Assembly: GCA_041648505.1 (NCBI GenBank)
Contig: JBAZOY010000002.1
Span: 2,200 to 66,199 of the forward strand
Length of the DNA stretch: 64,000 nucleotides
Reading direction: 5' to 3'
Origin: Syntrophales bacterium
Lineage (GTDB): Bacteria; Desulfobacterota; Syntrophia; Syntrophales; CG2-30-49-12
Part shown: positions 40,419-49,063 of the stretch, piece by piece
Layout: each line of letters begins with the position of its first letter
Position numbering within the stretch: the stretch's first letter is position 1
Notes under the pieces: generated by a model
Seen by the model: only the letters and a program-made list of their open reading frames with translations
What the model was told of the DNA's origin: nothing
Databases searched by the model: none
Translations under genes and position numbers: made by a program

Positions 40419-40805
40419 TCCTACTGTTCACTGCCTATTTTCAACAGGCAACACACGGGTATTTATTCCATATCTATAATGGTTAATTTTATCAATTATT
40501 TCGAAAAGGTTCAAGCGCGCTCTTGATTAAAATGGATTGAAATGCTGTCCCGAACGCTCACTCATATTACATGTGACAGACTTTCTTTGATAGTGAATGG
40601 CTTTTCGGAAACTTATGATGTTTAACTTGCGAATATTGCTATACTTGACTTTCTGAACGATATAAAATATCTCTAATTTTAAAATTGCATGAATTTGGAT
40701 TAATCCCTGGATAATTAGCTACAATATCCCTCTCAAATGTGGTATTTCTGCAGTAGAGAAAACAGGTTGTGAAAAAAAGGAGATGTAAGGAGTAATGAGG
40801 ATACG

Positions 40806-41354
40806 ATGAAAAGACTTGCCGGTTATTTTTTTAAGGGATTAATATTTTTAGTTCCGATTGCCATAACTGTATATATTTTCTACGTTGTCTTTAAAAAAAT
40901 AGATAACCTGCTTGGTCTTCCTATACCTGGCGCGGGGTTCTTTTTAACAATTATACTTGTAACAATTATTGGGTTTTTAGCTTCCAATCTATTTACCAAA
41001 AAGTTGCTCAACCTTGTTGATAGGGCCTTCAACAAAGTTCCTCTTATTAAGCTACTATATACTGCAACAAAAGATTTGCTTAGTGCTTTCTTAGGAGACA
41101 AGAGGTGTTTTGAAAAACCTGTTTTCGTCACACTCATGGCAGGCACTAATGTAAAGGTTATCGGTTTTATCACGAAAGAGAGCCTTGCTTCCTGGGGAAT
41201 GATTGATGAAGTTGTAGTATATCTGCCTCAGTCATACAATTTCGCGGGTCAGATTATTGTGGTACCTAAAGAACAGATCACCACGATCAATGCAAACAGT
41301 AGCGAGGTTATGGCATTTATAGTTTCGGGTGGGGTTTCAGAAATAAAACGTTAA
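40806..41354 (+). CDS. DUF502-family membrane protein (second paralog)
   Basis: Same architecture as the 9943-10578 gene: two N-terminal TM helices and 'VPLIKLLYTATKDL'. Confidence 0.78.
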   Translation: MKRLAGYFFKGLIFLVPIAITVYIFYVVFKKIDNLLGLPIPGAGFFLTIILVTIIGFLASNLFTKKLLNLVDRAFNKVPLIKLLYTATKDLLSAFLGDKRCFEKPVFVTLMAGTNVKVIGFITKESLASWGMIDEVVVYLPQSYNFAGQIIVVPKEQITTINANSSEVMAFIVSGGVSEIKR

Positions 41355-41740
41355 TATTTGTCGTTCTTAAGTATCAAGGATGTTTGCGGGCTTCCAGTAG
41401 CGGTAATCTTTACTAATATTAATTGATATGCAATGAGTGTAATGTCCCGTAAGATTGTGGGCTATAAAAATTGGTTGAAACGAAAGCTCGGTTACGTGCT
41501 TTTGGCCGTATCCGGTTGGAAGATAAATTAAGCATGAACCAACTCTTTGCGGTATTTCTATCTATATCATGGTGATGGTTAACAATCACATAAGAATCCC
41601 TAAATCAATATCGTAATTCTTTTCTGCCTGTCTTAAAAAGAGAAACAGATACCTCCTTTCTTTATTCCGACTGAAATAAGGGTTTGTAATAGGCGTTGCA
41701 TGCCTTTCACGGGCTATTGTCCTCTAGCTTCATGGCTGAG

Positions 41741-41749
41741 TGGTATAAT
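41741..41749 (+). promoter_or_regulatory. Extended -10 promoter element (TGnTATAAT)
   Basis: 'TGGTATAAT' at 41741-41749, 45 nt upstream of the TonB-like ORF start. I recognised no good -35 element. Confidence 0.4.
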
Positions 41750-41793
41750 TGTTTTACTTGTACTAACTAACAAAGCTTTACAGAAAAACCCAA

Positions 41794-42465
41794 ATGTTCG
41801 GTCCTCTGTGGTTAGTTCTTGGAAAATATAAGGGTATTTTTATCATTTTGTTGATTTTTGTCGCTTTATTGACATATATTTGTTCCACTCGCAAAAGGGA
41901 TACCGCTAAAATGCTTGCAAAAAAATTATTGATCACATTTCTAGTGATTTCTCTTATCGGACACCTTTTGGCGCTATTATTGGCCGGTTTTGTTGATATG
42001 ACTGGAGGCAGCGAAAGGGAGGGTGATATTATAACTGTTGATCTGAAGGAATCATTGGAAAGTCCTGAGGGAAAAAAAGAAGAAAAAGAAAAAGTTAAAC
42101 CGATTCAGTCTCAGATTGAAGAAGACAACAGCGAATACCTCAAAGAAACGGTCGAGATAGACAGCAACGATGGTAAGTACATTGATTATCTGAGAAAAAT
42201 ACAAAAGATGATAGAGAGTAATTGGATATATCCGCAGAAAGCTTATGAAAAGAATGAAGAGGGTAACACCGTTGTTAAGTTTTCTATCACCAACAGTGGT
42301 GCATTGCTGACCCCGATTATCATGAGATCTTCAGGTTCTAAATTGCTCGACAAGGGGGCTATCAGCGCGGTCAAGGCGGCGGCTCCTTACGATCCCCTGC
42401 CCCTGGATTTTAACCTCTTGCAGTTGAATATTATTGCCAAATTCAAGTACAGAATGACCGAATAA
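41794..42465 (+). CDS. TonB-family protein (C-terminal TonB domain)
   Basis: TM helices, a Glu/Lys-rich linker 'PEGKKEEKEKVKP', and C-terminal 'YPQKAYEKNEEGNTVVKFSITNSGALL...LDKGAISAVKAAAPYDPLP'. The start is uncertain; the internal 'MLAKK' is also possible. Confidence 0.75.
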   Translation: MFGPLWLVLGKYKGIFIILLIFVALLTYICSTRKRDTAKMLAKKLLITFLVISLIGHLLALLLAGFVDMTGGSEREGDIITVDLKESLESPEGKKEEKEKVKPIQSQIEEDNSEYLKETVEIDSNDGKYIDYLRKIQKMIESNWIYPQKAYEKNEEGNTVVKFSITNSGALLTPIIMRSSGSKLLDKGAISAVKAAAPYDPLPLDFNLLQLNIIAKFKYRMTE

Positions 42466-42485
42466 TAACAATAACTGTTGCCTCA

Positions 42486-43100
42486 TTATCCTTGTACTGA
42501 CTGACCGTTCATCAGCTTAATAACTGAACAATCGGGAAAATAGTCTATAATATTCAGACAGCCGTAGTCCTGTTCAACGGAATAAAAATGCTTCAGGGAA
42601 AGGTCCATAGCATCGGCAAGTATTACACGATTGACTCCTCCATGGGCAACAAGAACAATATTTTTCCCGTAGTTCGCACGCAGAATCTCCCTTAAGGTGG
42701 GGATGACTCTTTCAGCCAGATTACGGATACTTTCCCCTCCCGGTATTCTATAATCTACTAATCTTTCACTTCGTTTACTCAGAGCACCGGGAAATTGTAC
42801 CTCTATCTCCTCTGGTGTCCGCCCTTCCCAAAGCCCGATATTTAGTTCTCGCAGGTTAGAAAAGGATTCAGGTCTCAGACCATGTTCTGAGGCTACTATT
42901 TCGGCTCCTCTTTTCGCCCGGATCAGGTCACTACAATAAACACCTGCCAGTTCCTCACTTCTTAGCTTTGCGGCTACCGCCTCCATTTGTCTGATTCCGG
43001 TTTCAGTTATATCCACGTCTCTTTGGCCGTTGTATTTCCCATCTGAAAAGTTTACCACCTGACCATGTCTCACCAAATACAATCTGGTACAAACATCCAT
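42486..43100 (-). CDS. Histidine phosphatase family protein (phosphoglycerate mutase/CobC-like)
   Basis: 'RLYLVRHGQ' catalytic RHG motif and 'LVAHGGV'. I prefer the start at 43100 (GGAGG RBS). Confidence 0.85.
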   Translation of the reverse strand: MDVCTRLYLVRHGQVVNFSDGKYNGQRDVDITETGIRQMEAVAAKLRSEELAGVYCSDLIRAKRGAEIVASEHGLRPESFSNLRELNIGLWEGRTPEEIEVQFPGALSKRSERLVDYRIPGGESIRNLAERVIPTLREILRANYGKNIVLVAHGGVNRVILADAMDLSLKHFYSVEQDYGCLNIIDYFPDCSVIKLMNGQSVQG

Positions 43101-43213
43101 GTTTCCTCCACTTGACAATTCTATTCCAAGTTAATCTCCGGTGAATTAACGTGAAAGCCCATCGATTTTTTATTACAGTATTTACTTAATATTTAAAAAA
43201 CAGCTACTTGCGA

Positions 43214-43400
43214 TCTTTGAGGATTGTATTCAGCTGTGCTTGAAAATCTTTTTCGACCATGCATGTATTGTGTTAATGCAAAGGTGAAACTCGCCCTTAT
43301 CACCGCAGGTATTTCCTTGCCAGTGTCGCGCTGCGACGGCATGGTACCGGAAAAATATTCACTTCTTACCAATTTGCATTTTGTAGTTCTGTTTTTTAAA
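43214..43400 (+). repeat. Dispersed intergenic repeat, copy A
   Basis: Core TTTGAGGATTGTATT at 43216-43230, CGACCATGCA at 43254-43263, and GGCATGGTACCGGAAAAAT at 43338-43356. It is collinear with copy B and, in part, with copy C. Confidence 0.8.
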
Positions 43401-43521
43401 TTAGACTGCTATAATTATCCGCTTATTTCTAACTTCCCCAAATACTCTGGTAAACCTTGACAATCTTTACACTATGGGTTAACGAATACTTGCAGCAATA
43501 ATATAGCATATTCTCTTCTAT

Positions 43522-43553
43522 TGAGTCGAGAGCAAGGTTCCACTCTCGACTCA
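43522..43553 (+). other. Perfect 11-bp stem hairpin in the PilS-like kinase leader
   Basis: TGAGTCGAGAG (43522-43532), a 10-nt loop, then CTCTCGACTCA (43543-43553). It covers the TTG start proposed by the ORF track. Confidence 0.6.
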
Positions 43554-43571
43554 TGGTTTATAACCAAAATT

Positions 43572-45245
43572 ATGGATGATAATCTGTTACAGCAGGAGAA
43601 ATTGGTAACAAGGGTCCGCTGGTTGATGCTGGCACGGGTTATCATTGTTACCTTTCTACTCGGTATTATAGCTTTTATCGAGATAAAAGAGACAGAATCT
43701 CTACCCAGGATATCAATCGTATCTCTTTACGCCATTATCCTTCTTACCTATTTCCTCTCCGTCCTCTATATTTTTCTTCTGAAATTCATCATAAACCTCA
43801 GGGTAAATATATATATACAGAGTCTGGCTGACGTGCTGTTGATAACAGGTCTCGTATATTTCACAGGGGGAATAGGCAGTATATATCCTGTTTTCTATCC
43901 CCTGGTCATCATATATTCAGTCCTGTTCCTTGGAAGAAGGGGGGGGGTACTTACAGCATCTGCAGCGAGTATTCTTTACAGTCTGTTAATGACTTTAGAG
44001 TACTATGGTATCATTTACCCCTTTGCGAGTATGGCTGTTGAGGAATACCGTTTCAGTGCCGGGTATGTCTTTTCGAGGATTTTCATTCACATCCTGTCGT
44101 TCTATATTGTTGCCTTTCTTGCCAGTTTTGTGGTGGAACAGGAGAGGAAGACAAGGGCCGTCCTGACAGAGAGGGAAAATGCCTTCGATCAGTTGGATTT
44201 GCTGTACAGGAGTATTGTTGAGTCAGTTGATGCAGGTATATTGACGATTGATTTAGAGAGAAACGTAAAATCATTCAACAGGGCGGCGGAAGAAATTACG
44301 GGTTTCTCCTTTGCCGAGGTCGAAAATAAGAATATTAATCAGGTTCTTCCAGGTTATTCTGAGTTGGAAGATCAAATGAGAAGCAAATGGGATCAGAATG
44401 GGTTAGCAAGAAAAAGGGTGGAAATGCTGATCTCCGGTAAAGGGGATAGAAACCTGGCGCTGGGTTGTTCTGTCTCATATCTGAAAGATAATATGGGGAA
44501 TAGAATAGGGGATATCTTGATTTTTCAGGATCTGACATCCATAAAAAAAATGGAGGAAGCCCTTGAAAAAAGTAAAAGGCTTGCTTTTATAGGCGAAATG
44601 GCAGGCAATCTTGCTCATGAAATCAGGAATCCGCTGGCGTCTCTAAGTGGATCAGTACAGGTTTTGAAAAATGGACTTAATTTAAACGAGACCGATGAGA
44701 GGCTAATGCAGATCATTTTGAGGGGTAAAGATCAACTTGAAAATTTCATGAGGGATTTCCTCCTTTTAGCAAGACCAGCCTCAGGTGTTTACCGGAATAT
44801 TGACATAAAAGACATCGTAAAAGATGTTCTCGATTCCATCTGTTATGTACCGGACTGGCATGAGGAGACAGAAGTTATTAGGAACTTATCCGATCATTCT
44901 TTCATACTTGCAAACGAAAAGGAGATTAGGCAGGTCATTTGGAACCTTGTTTTGAATGCCGTTCAGTCCATGCCGGATGGGGGCAGATTGACGGTAGAAA
45001 CTAAAAAGGTTCTTCTTGAGGATGTCAGGGAATATCTTGAGATACGTATCGCCGATGACGGATACGGCATTGATGAAGATAGTCGGGAAAAGATTTTCGA
45101 ACCGTTTTATACGACCAGGGAGGGCGGAACAGGTCTCGGGCTGGCAATTGTCAACAGGATTGTCGAAGGCTATAATGGAAAAATAAAAATTGAGAACAAT
45201 ATCGAAGGAGGAACAACCTGTGTTGTATGGTTGCCCGGCAGTTAA
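43572..45245 (+). CDS. Membrane sensor histidine kinase (multi-TM, PAS, HisKA, HATPase_c; PilS-like)
   Basis: About 6 N-terminal TM helices, H-box 'LAHEIRNPLASL', 'IADDGYGI' and 'GTGLGLAIVNRIV'. No cognate regulator gene lies adjacent. The start is uncertain (ATG at 43572 versus TTG at 43521). Confidence 0.85.
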   Translation: MDDNLLQQEKLVTRVRWLMLARVIIVTFLLGIIAFIEIKETESLPRISIVSLYAIILLTYFLSVLYIFLLKFIINLRVNIYIQSLADVLLITGLVYFTGGIGSIYPVFYPLVIIYSVLFLGRRGGVLTASAASILYSLLMTLEYYGIIYPFASMAVEEYRFSAGYVFSRIFIHILSFYIVAFLASFVVEQERKTRAVLTERENAFDQLDLLYRSIVESVDAGILTIDLERNVKSFNRAAEEITGFSFAEVENKNINQVLPGYSELEDQMRSKWDQNGLARKRVEMLISGKGDRNLALGCSVSYLKDNMGNRIGDILIFQDLTSIKKMEEALEKSKRLAFIGEMAGNLAHEIRNPLASLSGSVQVLKNGLNLNETDERLMQIILRGKDQLENFMRDFLLLARPASGVYRNIDIKDIVKDVLDSICYVPDWHEETEVIRNLSDHSFILANEKEIRQVIWNLVLNAVQSMPDGGRLTVETKKVLLEDVREYLEIRIADDGYGIDEDSREKIFEPFYTTREGGTGLGLAIVNRIVEGYNGKIKIENNIEGGTTCVVWLPGS

Positions 45246-45369
45246 CAGTTTAAGGAGATCAATCTAATAGATTTGATAGGACAAGCGTGGTAGTAGTTGA
45301 ATAGTTGCTGTAAGCTTCAGAGTTAAGCGTGCATATTGACAGATTTGGAATGATGTAAATCGAAAAAAT

Positions 45370-46083
45370 ATGATAGAAAATCTTCTTGACAGCTTCCCTG
45401 TCTATGTACAGGGATCGCTTATCTTAGCATTTCTGGCAGTCTACCTCGGTGGTGTGCTCGTCGGTTTTACCCCCTGTGTTTATCCGGTGGTTCCCATAAC
45501 GATTGCCTACATTGGAGTTCACGGAACCGGAACAAAGCTGAAAGGATTCTTGCTTTCCCTTGCCTATGTTCTCGGCATGGCTTTGATGTACACTGCCCTT
45601 GGCGGTATTGCTGCTTTGTCGGGCAGGTTATTCGGCCAGATACAGACAAATCCATGGACCTATTTCATAGTTGCCAATATATGTATTTTTATGGGCTTAT
45701 CAATGCTTGGCGTCTTTGTGCTGCCGCTACGAACTCCGGCATTTCTAACCAAGACACAGCGGGCAAAGACAAAAAGTGTATGGGACAGTTTTCTTGTCGG
45801 TGCTGCTTCAGGACTGGTCATGGGCCCCTGCACAACACCGGTGCTTGCGGTACTTCTAAGTTATATTGCCGCAAGACAAAACGTTGTTCTAGGGATGAGC
45901 TTTCTGTTTGTCTTTGCCCTCGGCATGGGCACATTACTGATCATTCTCGGGACATTCGCCGGTCTTTTAGCTAACATTCCCAAATCAGGGAAATGGATGG
46001 TAAGGGTCAGCCACATATCCGGCTGGATATTAGTGGCTATGGGAGAATATTTCTTAATAAGAGCGGGGGCTTTATGGATTTAA
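45370..46083 (+). CDS. ccdA: Cytochrome c biogenesis thiol-disulfide transporter CcdA/DsbD-TM family
   Basis: A 6-TM protein with 'GFTPCVYPVVP' and 'GPCTTPVL' Cys motifs. Confidence 0.85.
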   Translation: MIENLLDSFPVYVQGSLILAFLAVYLGGVLVGFTPCVYPVVPITIAYIGVHGTGTKLKGFLLSLAYVLGMALMYTALGGIAALSGRLFGQIQTNPWTYFIVANICIFMGLSMLGVFVLPLRTPAFLTKTQRAKTKSVWDSFLVGAASGLVMGPCTTPVLAVLLSYIAARQNVVLGMSFLFVFALGMGTLLIILGTFAGLLANIPKSGKWMVRVSHISGWILVAMGEYFLIRAGALWI

Positions 46084-46592
46084 AAAAAGACAGGATATTA
46101 CTTAATGCCTTATCGGGATTCATGTTTCTATTACTATCTCTGCTATTGTGTGCCAATAGCTATGCGGTGAATTTCCTTGAAGGCAAAGTTGAGACAAAGG
46201 CACCGGATTTTGTTCTGAAAGATTTAAAAGACAACCAATTTAAACTTAGTGACCACAGGGGGAAGCCTGTTCTTTTAATTTTTACCGCTACATGGTGTGG
46301 CTATTGTCGTACTGAAATTCCTCACTTTAAAGATATTTACGCCTCTTATGAAAAACGGGGACTTGTGATGGTCAATATTGATATTCAGGAATCTCAGGAA
46401 AGGGTTTCCCAATTTGCGGCTAAATACAGTCTGCCGTACAGAATCCTTCTCGATAAGACCGGAGATGTGGCCAGTAGCTACGATGTCAGGGGTGTTCCCA
46501 CCATGGTTTTGATCGACAAAGAAGGAAAGGTTCTATGCTGGCAGTGTCGCTCAGTTGATACTGTTTTAAAAACGCTCTTGGGAACAAAATGA
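46074..46592 (+). CDS. TlpA/ResA-family thioredoxin-like thiol:disulfide oxidoreductase
   Basis: Signal/anchor, then 'LLIFTATWCGYCRTEIP' and 'VRGVPTMVLIDKEGKV'. The ATG at 46074 overlaps the ccdA stop. Confidence 0.85.
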   Translation: MDLKKDRILLNALSGFMFLLLSLLLCANSYAVNFLEGKVETKAPDFVLKDLKDNQFKLSDHRGKPVLLIFTATWCGYCRTEIPHFKDIYASYEKRGLVMVNIDIQESQERVSQFAAKYSLPYRILLDKTGDVASSYDVRGVPTMVLIDKEGKVLCWQCRSVDTVLKTLLGTK

Positions 46593-46629
46593 TTCCTTAG
46601 AAGACGTAAAGCAACAAAGTGCCGCTTAT

Positions 46630-48061
46630 ATGAAGGGCAAAAACCCTATGTTCAAAAGGCTTTTTCGTCGTAAATTCATCCATCATATTTTAGAAGAAAT
46701 AGACATTGAGGAACACCGCCTCCGTCGGTCACTTAATGCCTTTGATCTGACGATCCTGGGTGTTGGGGCAATCGTGGGCGTGGGTATTTTTGTTTTAACC
46801 GGGACAGCTTCGGCCAACCAAGCCGGGCCGGGGATTATGCTTTCATTTGTAATCTCCGGTATCGCCTGTGCTTTTGCTGCGTTATGTTATGCTGAATTTG
46901 CCGCTTTAATCCCGGTAGCAGGAAGCGCCTACAACTATGCTTATGCAACCTTGGGAGAGTTCATTGCCTGGATCATTGGCTGGGACCTGATTCTTGAATA
47001 TATCGTGGCTTCAATAGCAGTAGCGATAGGGTGGTCGGGTTATTTTGTCAATATCTTACAGGCTGTCGGCATTACGCTTCCCGTATGGTGCTCGGCTGCT
47101 CCGGGGACCGTTCCGGGGGCAGTTATTAACCTTCCAGCTATGCTGATCGTTCTTCTTCTTACTGTCATCCTGGTTGTCGGTATAAAAGAGAGCGCCCGGT
47201 TAACCGGGGTGATGGTTTTTGTGAAGATTGCGACTATCCTGGTATTTATCGTAGTGGGGGTATTCAATGTAAAACCTGATCACTGGATCCCTTTTATGCC
47301 TTTTGGTTTTAAAGGGGTAATGACCGGAGCTGCGCTCGTTTTTTTCGCCTATATTGGTTTTGACGCTGTTTCAACTGCTGCCGCGGAAACAAAAAACCCG
47401 CAGAAAAATCTCCCTATAGGAATTATTGTTTCGTTGGTAATTTGCACCTTCCTTTACATCGTCGTTTCCGCCGTGCTTACAGGAATAGTTCCCTATACCG
47501 ACTTGAACCATCCGGCGCCCGTGGCACATGCCTTGAGCCTGATCGGTTTTCGCTGGGGTTCGGCCATGGTTTCCGCCGGGGCCGCAGCCGGAATTACGAG
47601 CGTGCTGTTAGTCATGCTCATGGGACAACCGAGGATATTCTTTTCAATGAGTCGTGATGGACTCTTGTGGCCCTGGATATACAAGGTTCATCCGCGGTAC
47701 CGGACTCCATATATAGCACAAATTTTTACCGGGCTTGTGGTGGCGGGTTTTGCCGGCTTTCTTGATATCGGAACCGCGGCAGAGTTATGTAATATCGGGA
47801 CATTCATTATTTGCCTTCGCCATTGTGTGTGGCGGTATTGCTGTGCTACGCTATACACACCCGGACATCAAACGTCCCTTTCGTTGTCCGTTAGTGCCTT
47901 TAATCCCTCTTTTAGGAATTTGCTTCTGTGCCGGCTTAATGCTCTCTTTACCTAAGATCACCTGGATTCGCTTTGTTATCTGGCTCCTTATCGGATTTTT
48001 CATCTATTTCTTTTACGGGATCAGGCACAGCCGGTTGAGCCGGAAGGTGGAAGGGATATAA
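46630..48061 (+). pseudogene. APC-superfamily amino acid permease interrupted by a +4 frameshift
   Basis: ORFs 46630-47955 and 47735-48061 are two halves of one permease. Removing one CATT from CATTCATT (47801-47808) restores '...AELCNIGTLFAFAIVCGGIAVLRYTHPDIKRPFRCPLVP...'. Confidence 0.85.
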
Positions 48062-48157
48062 AAGGATGAATGTTATCATTTCGCTGTTTAGTCAATAAAA
48101 TTATTTATATCCGAGTGATTTTTTGCTGTGTTCCATTGCCATTTGCGAATCCGCTAC

Positions 48158-48189
48158 CAATCATTATCCTGATATCAAGATAATGATTG
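48158..48189. promoter_or_regulatory. Perfect 11-bp inverted repeat built from the two Fur-box half sites in swapped order
   Basis: CAATCATTATC (48158-48168), spacer CTGATATCAA, then GATAATGATTG (48179-48189). It ends 33 nt upstream of the TIGR00725-like start and overlaps a weak TTGCGA-16-TATCCT promoter candidate. Confidence 0.45.
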
Positions 48190-48222
48190 TGGTCTTGTTC
48201 CTGATTTGTTAAGGAAGGCGGC

Positions 48223-48747
48223 ATGAAAACCATTACACTTACACGAAAACCATTTATCATCGGCGTGATGGGAAGCCACCATGAAGAATCTCCTGACGTC
48301 ATGGAAGACGCCCGGCGTCTAGGCAAGGGGATCGCCCGGCGGGGATATATCCTCCTCACCGGTGGAGGCCCCGGCGTCATGCGGGCAGCGTGCGAAGGCG
48401 CTTACAGAGCGGGCGGCCTTGTCATCGGTGTCCTTCCGAACGACAGGAAGCACCCGCTTGAAAAATACCCCAATGAATTTATTGACATTCCGATTTATAC
48501 GGGGATGCTCGATGCAAGAAACGTCATCAATGCCAAGACACCCCATGTCATTGTTGCCCTGAAAGGCGGCCCCGGGACGCTTTCGGAGATGGCTCTTGCA
48601 CTGATAAACGGGACGCCGGTGATAGGTCTCCACGCCCCTACGTTCGAGCTTCCGGGAAGTTACGATTTAACCGCCGTTGACACCTTAGAAGATGCCTTCC
48701 GGGTAATGGATAAAAAGCTGGAGGGGCTAAGGGAGGAGAAGAAATGA
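48223..48747 (+). CDS. TIGR00725/LOG-like (SLOG superfamily) protein
   Basis: 'IIGVMGS', 'ILLTGGGPGVMRAACEGA...GGLVIGVLP', 'GGPGTLSEMALA'. GC is locally about 60-70% on sampled lines. Confidence 0.75.
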   Translation: MKTITLTRKPFIIGVMGSHHEESPDVMEDARRLGKGIARRGYILLTGGGPGVMRAACEGAYRAGGLVIGVLPNDRKHPLEKYPNEFIDIPIYTGMLDARNVINAKTPHVIVALKGGPGTLSEMALALINGTPVIGLHAPTFELPGSYDLTAVDTLEDAFRVMDKKLEGLREEKK

Positions 48748-48910
48748 CGATTCGTCCTGATCTGTTTTTGCTATCAAAAAAGTTTGCTGATCTTTGAGAC
48801 AATATACTGGTATGGACCAACCTTTGCCACCCTGTTTTGATAGCAACTTCCTTCTGTGGGTCTATAACAATAAAGGGTTTGTTTAAAAGACCGAGAAAAA
48901 ATTCTTGACA

Positions 48911-49015
48911 GATATGATTTTTTAGAGTAGCGTTAGCGCTAATATAACATACCGCTTGGATCCAGTAAAGGACTGGGACGGAAGGTTAAAGAGTCTGATT
49001 TACGGAGTATATGTT
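48911..49015 (+). ncRNA. Candidate structured leader or small RNA upstream of panCD
   Basis: TTGACA lies upstream at 48905-48910. Local hairpin CCAGT-AAAGG-ACTGG (48962-48976). A possible closing helix pairs AACATACCG with CGG..TATATGTT. It is followed by an intrinsic terminator. Confidence 0.3.
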
Positions 49016-49049
49016 AGCCTCTCGTCTTTGACGTTGGGGCTTTTTTTTT
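49016..49049 (+). terminator. Rho-independent terminator abutting the panC start
   Basis: AGCCTC-T-CGTC / TTT / GACG-TT-GGGGCT stem followed by a run of 9 T. The panC TTG start is at 49064. Confidence 0.65.
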
Positions 49050-49063
49050 GGAATTATTGATTT

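Noticed and set aside
41433-41531. 32-aa ORF (MSVMSRKIVGYKNWLKRKLGYVLLAVSGWKIN), faintly reminiscent of an acyltransferase N-terminus
   Set aside because: It has no RBS, the similarity is only an impression, and the frame ends abruptly. The evidence is insufficient for a gene or pseudogene call.
43224-43460. 78-aa plus-strand ORF
   Set aside because: It lies inside repeat copy A. The homologous copies B and C do not preserve the reading frame.
48935-49015. Possible SRP (4.5S) RNA, suggested by 'GGGACGGAAGG', which resembles the helix-8 GGAA tetraloop region, and by a length of about 110 nt
   Set aside because: The flanking conserved SRP nucleotides (as in the E. coli 'CAGGUCCGGAAGGAAGCAGCC' region) are not present, and the arms do not pair like helix 8. 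It is kept only as an unassigned leader/sRNA candidate.
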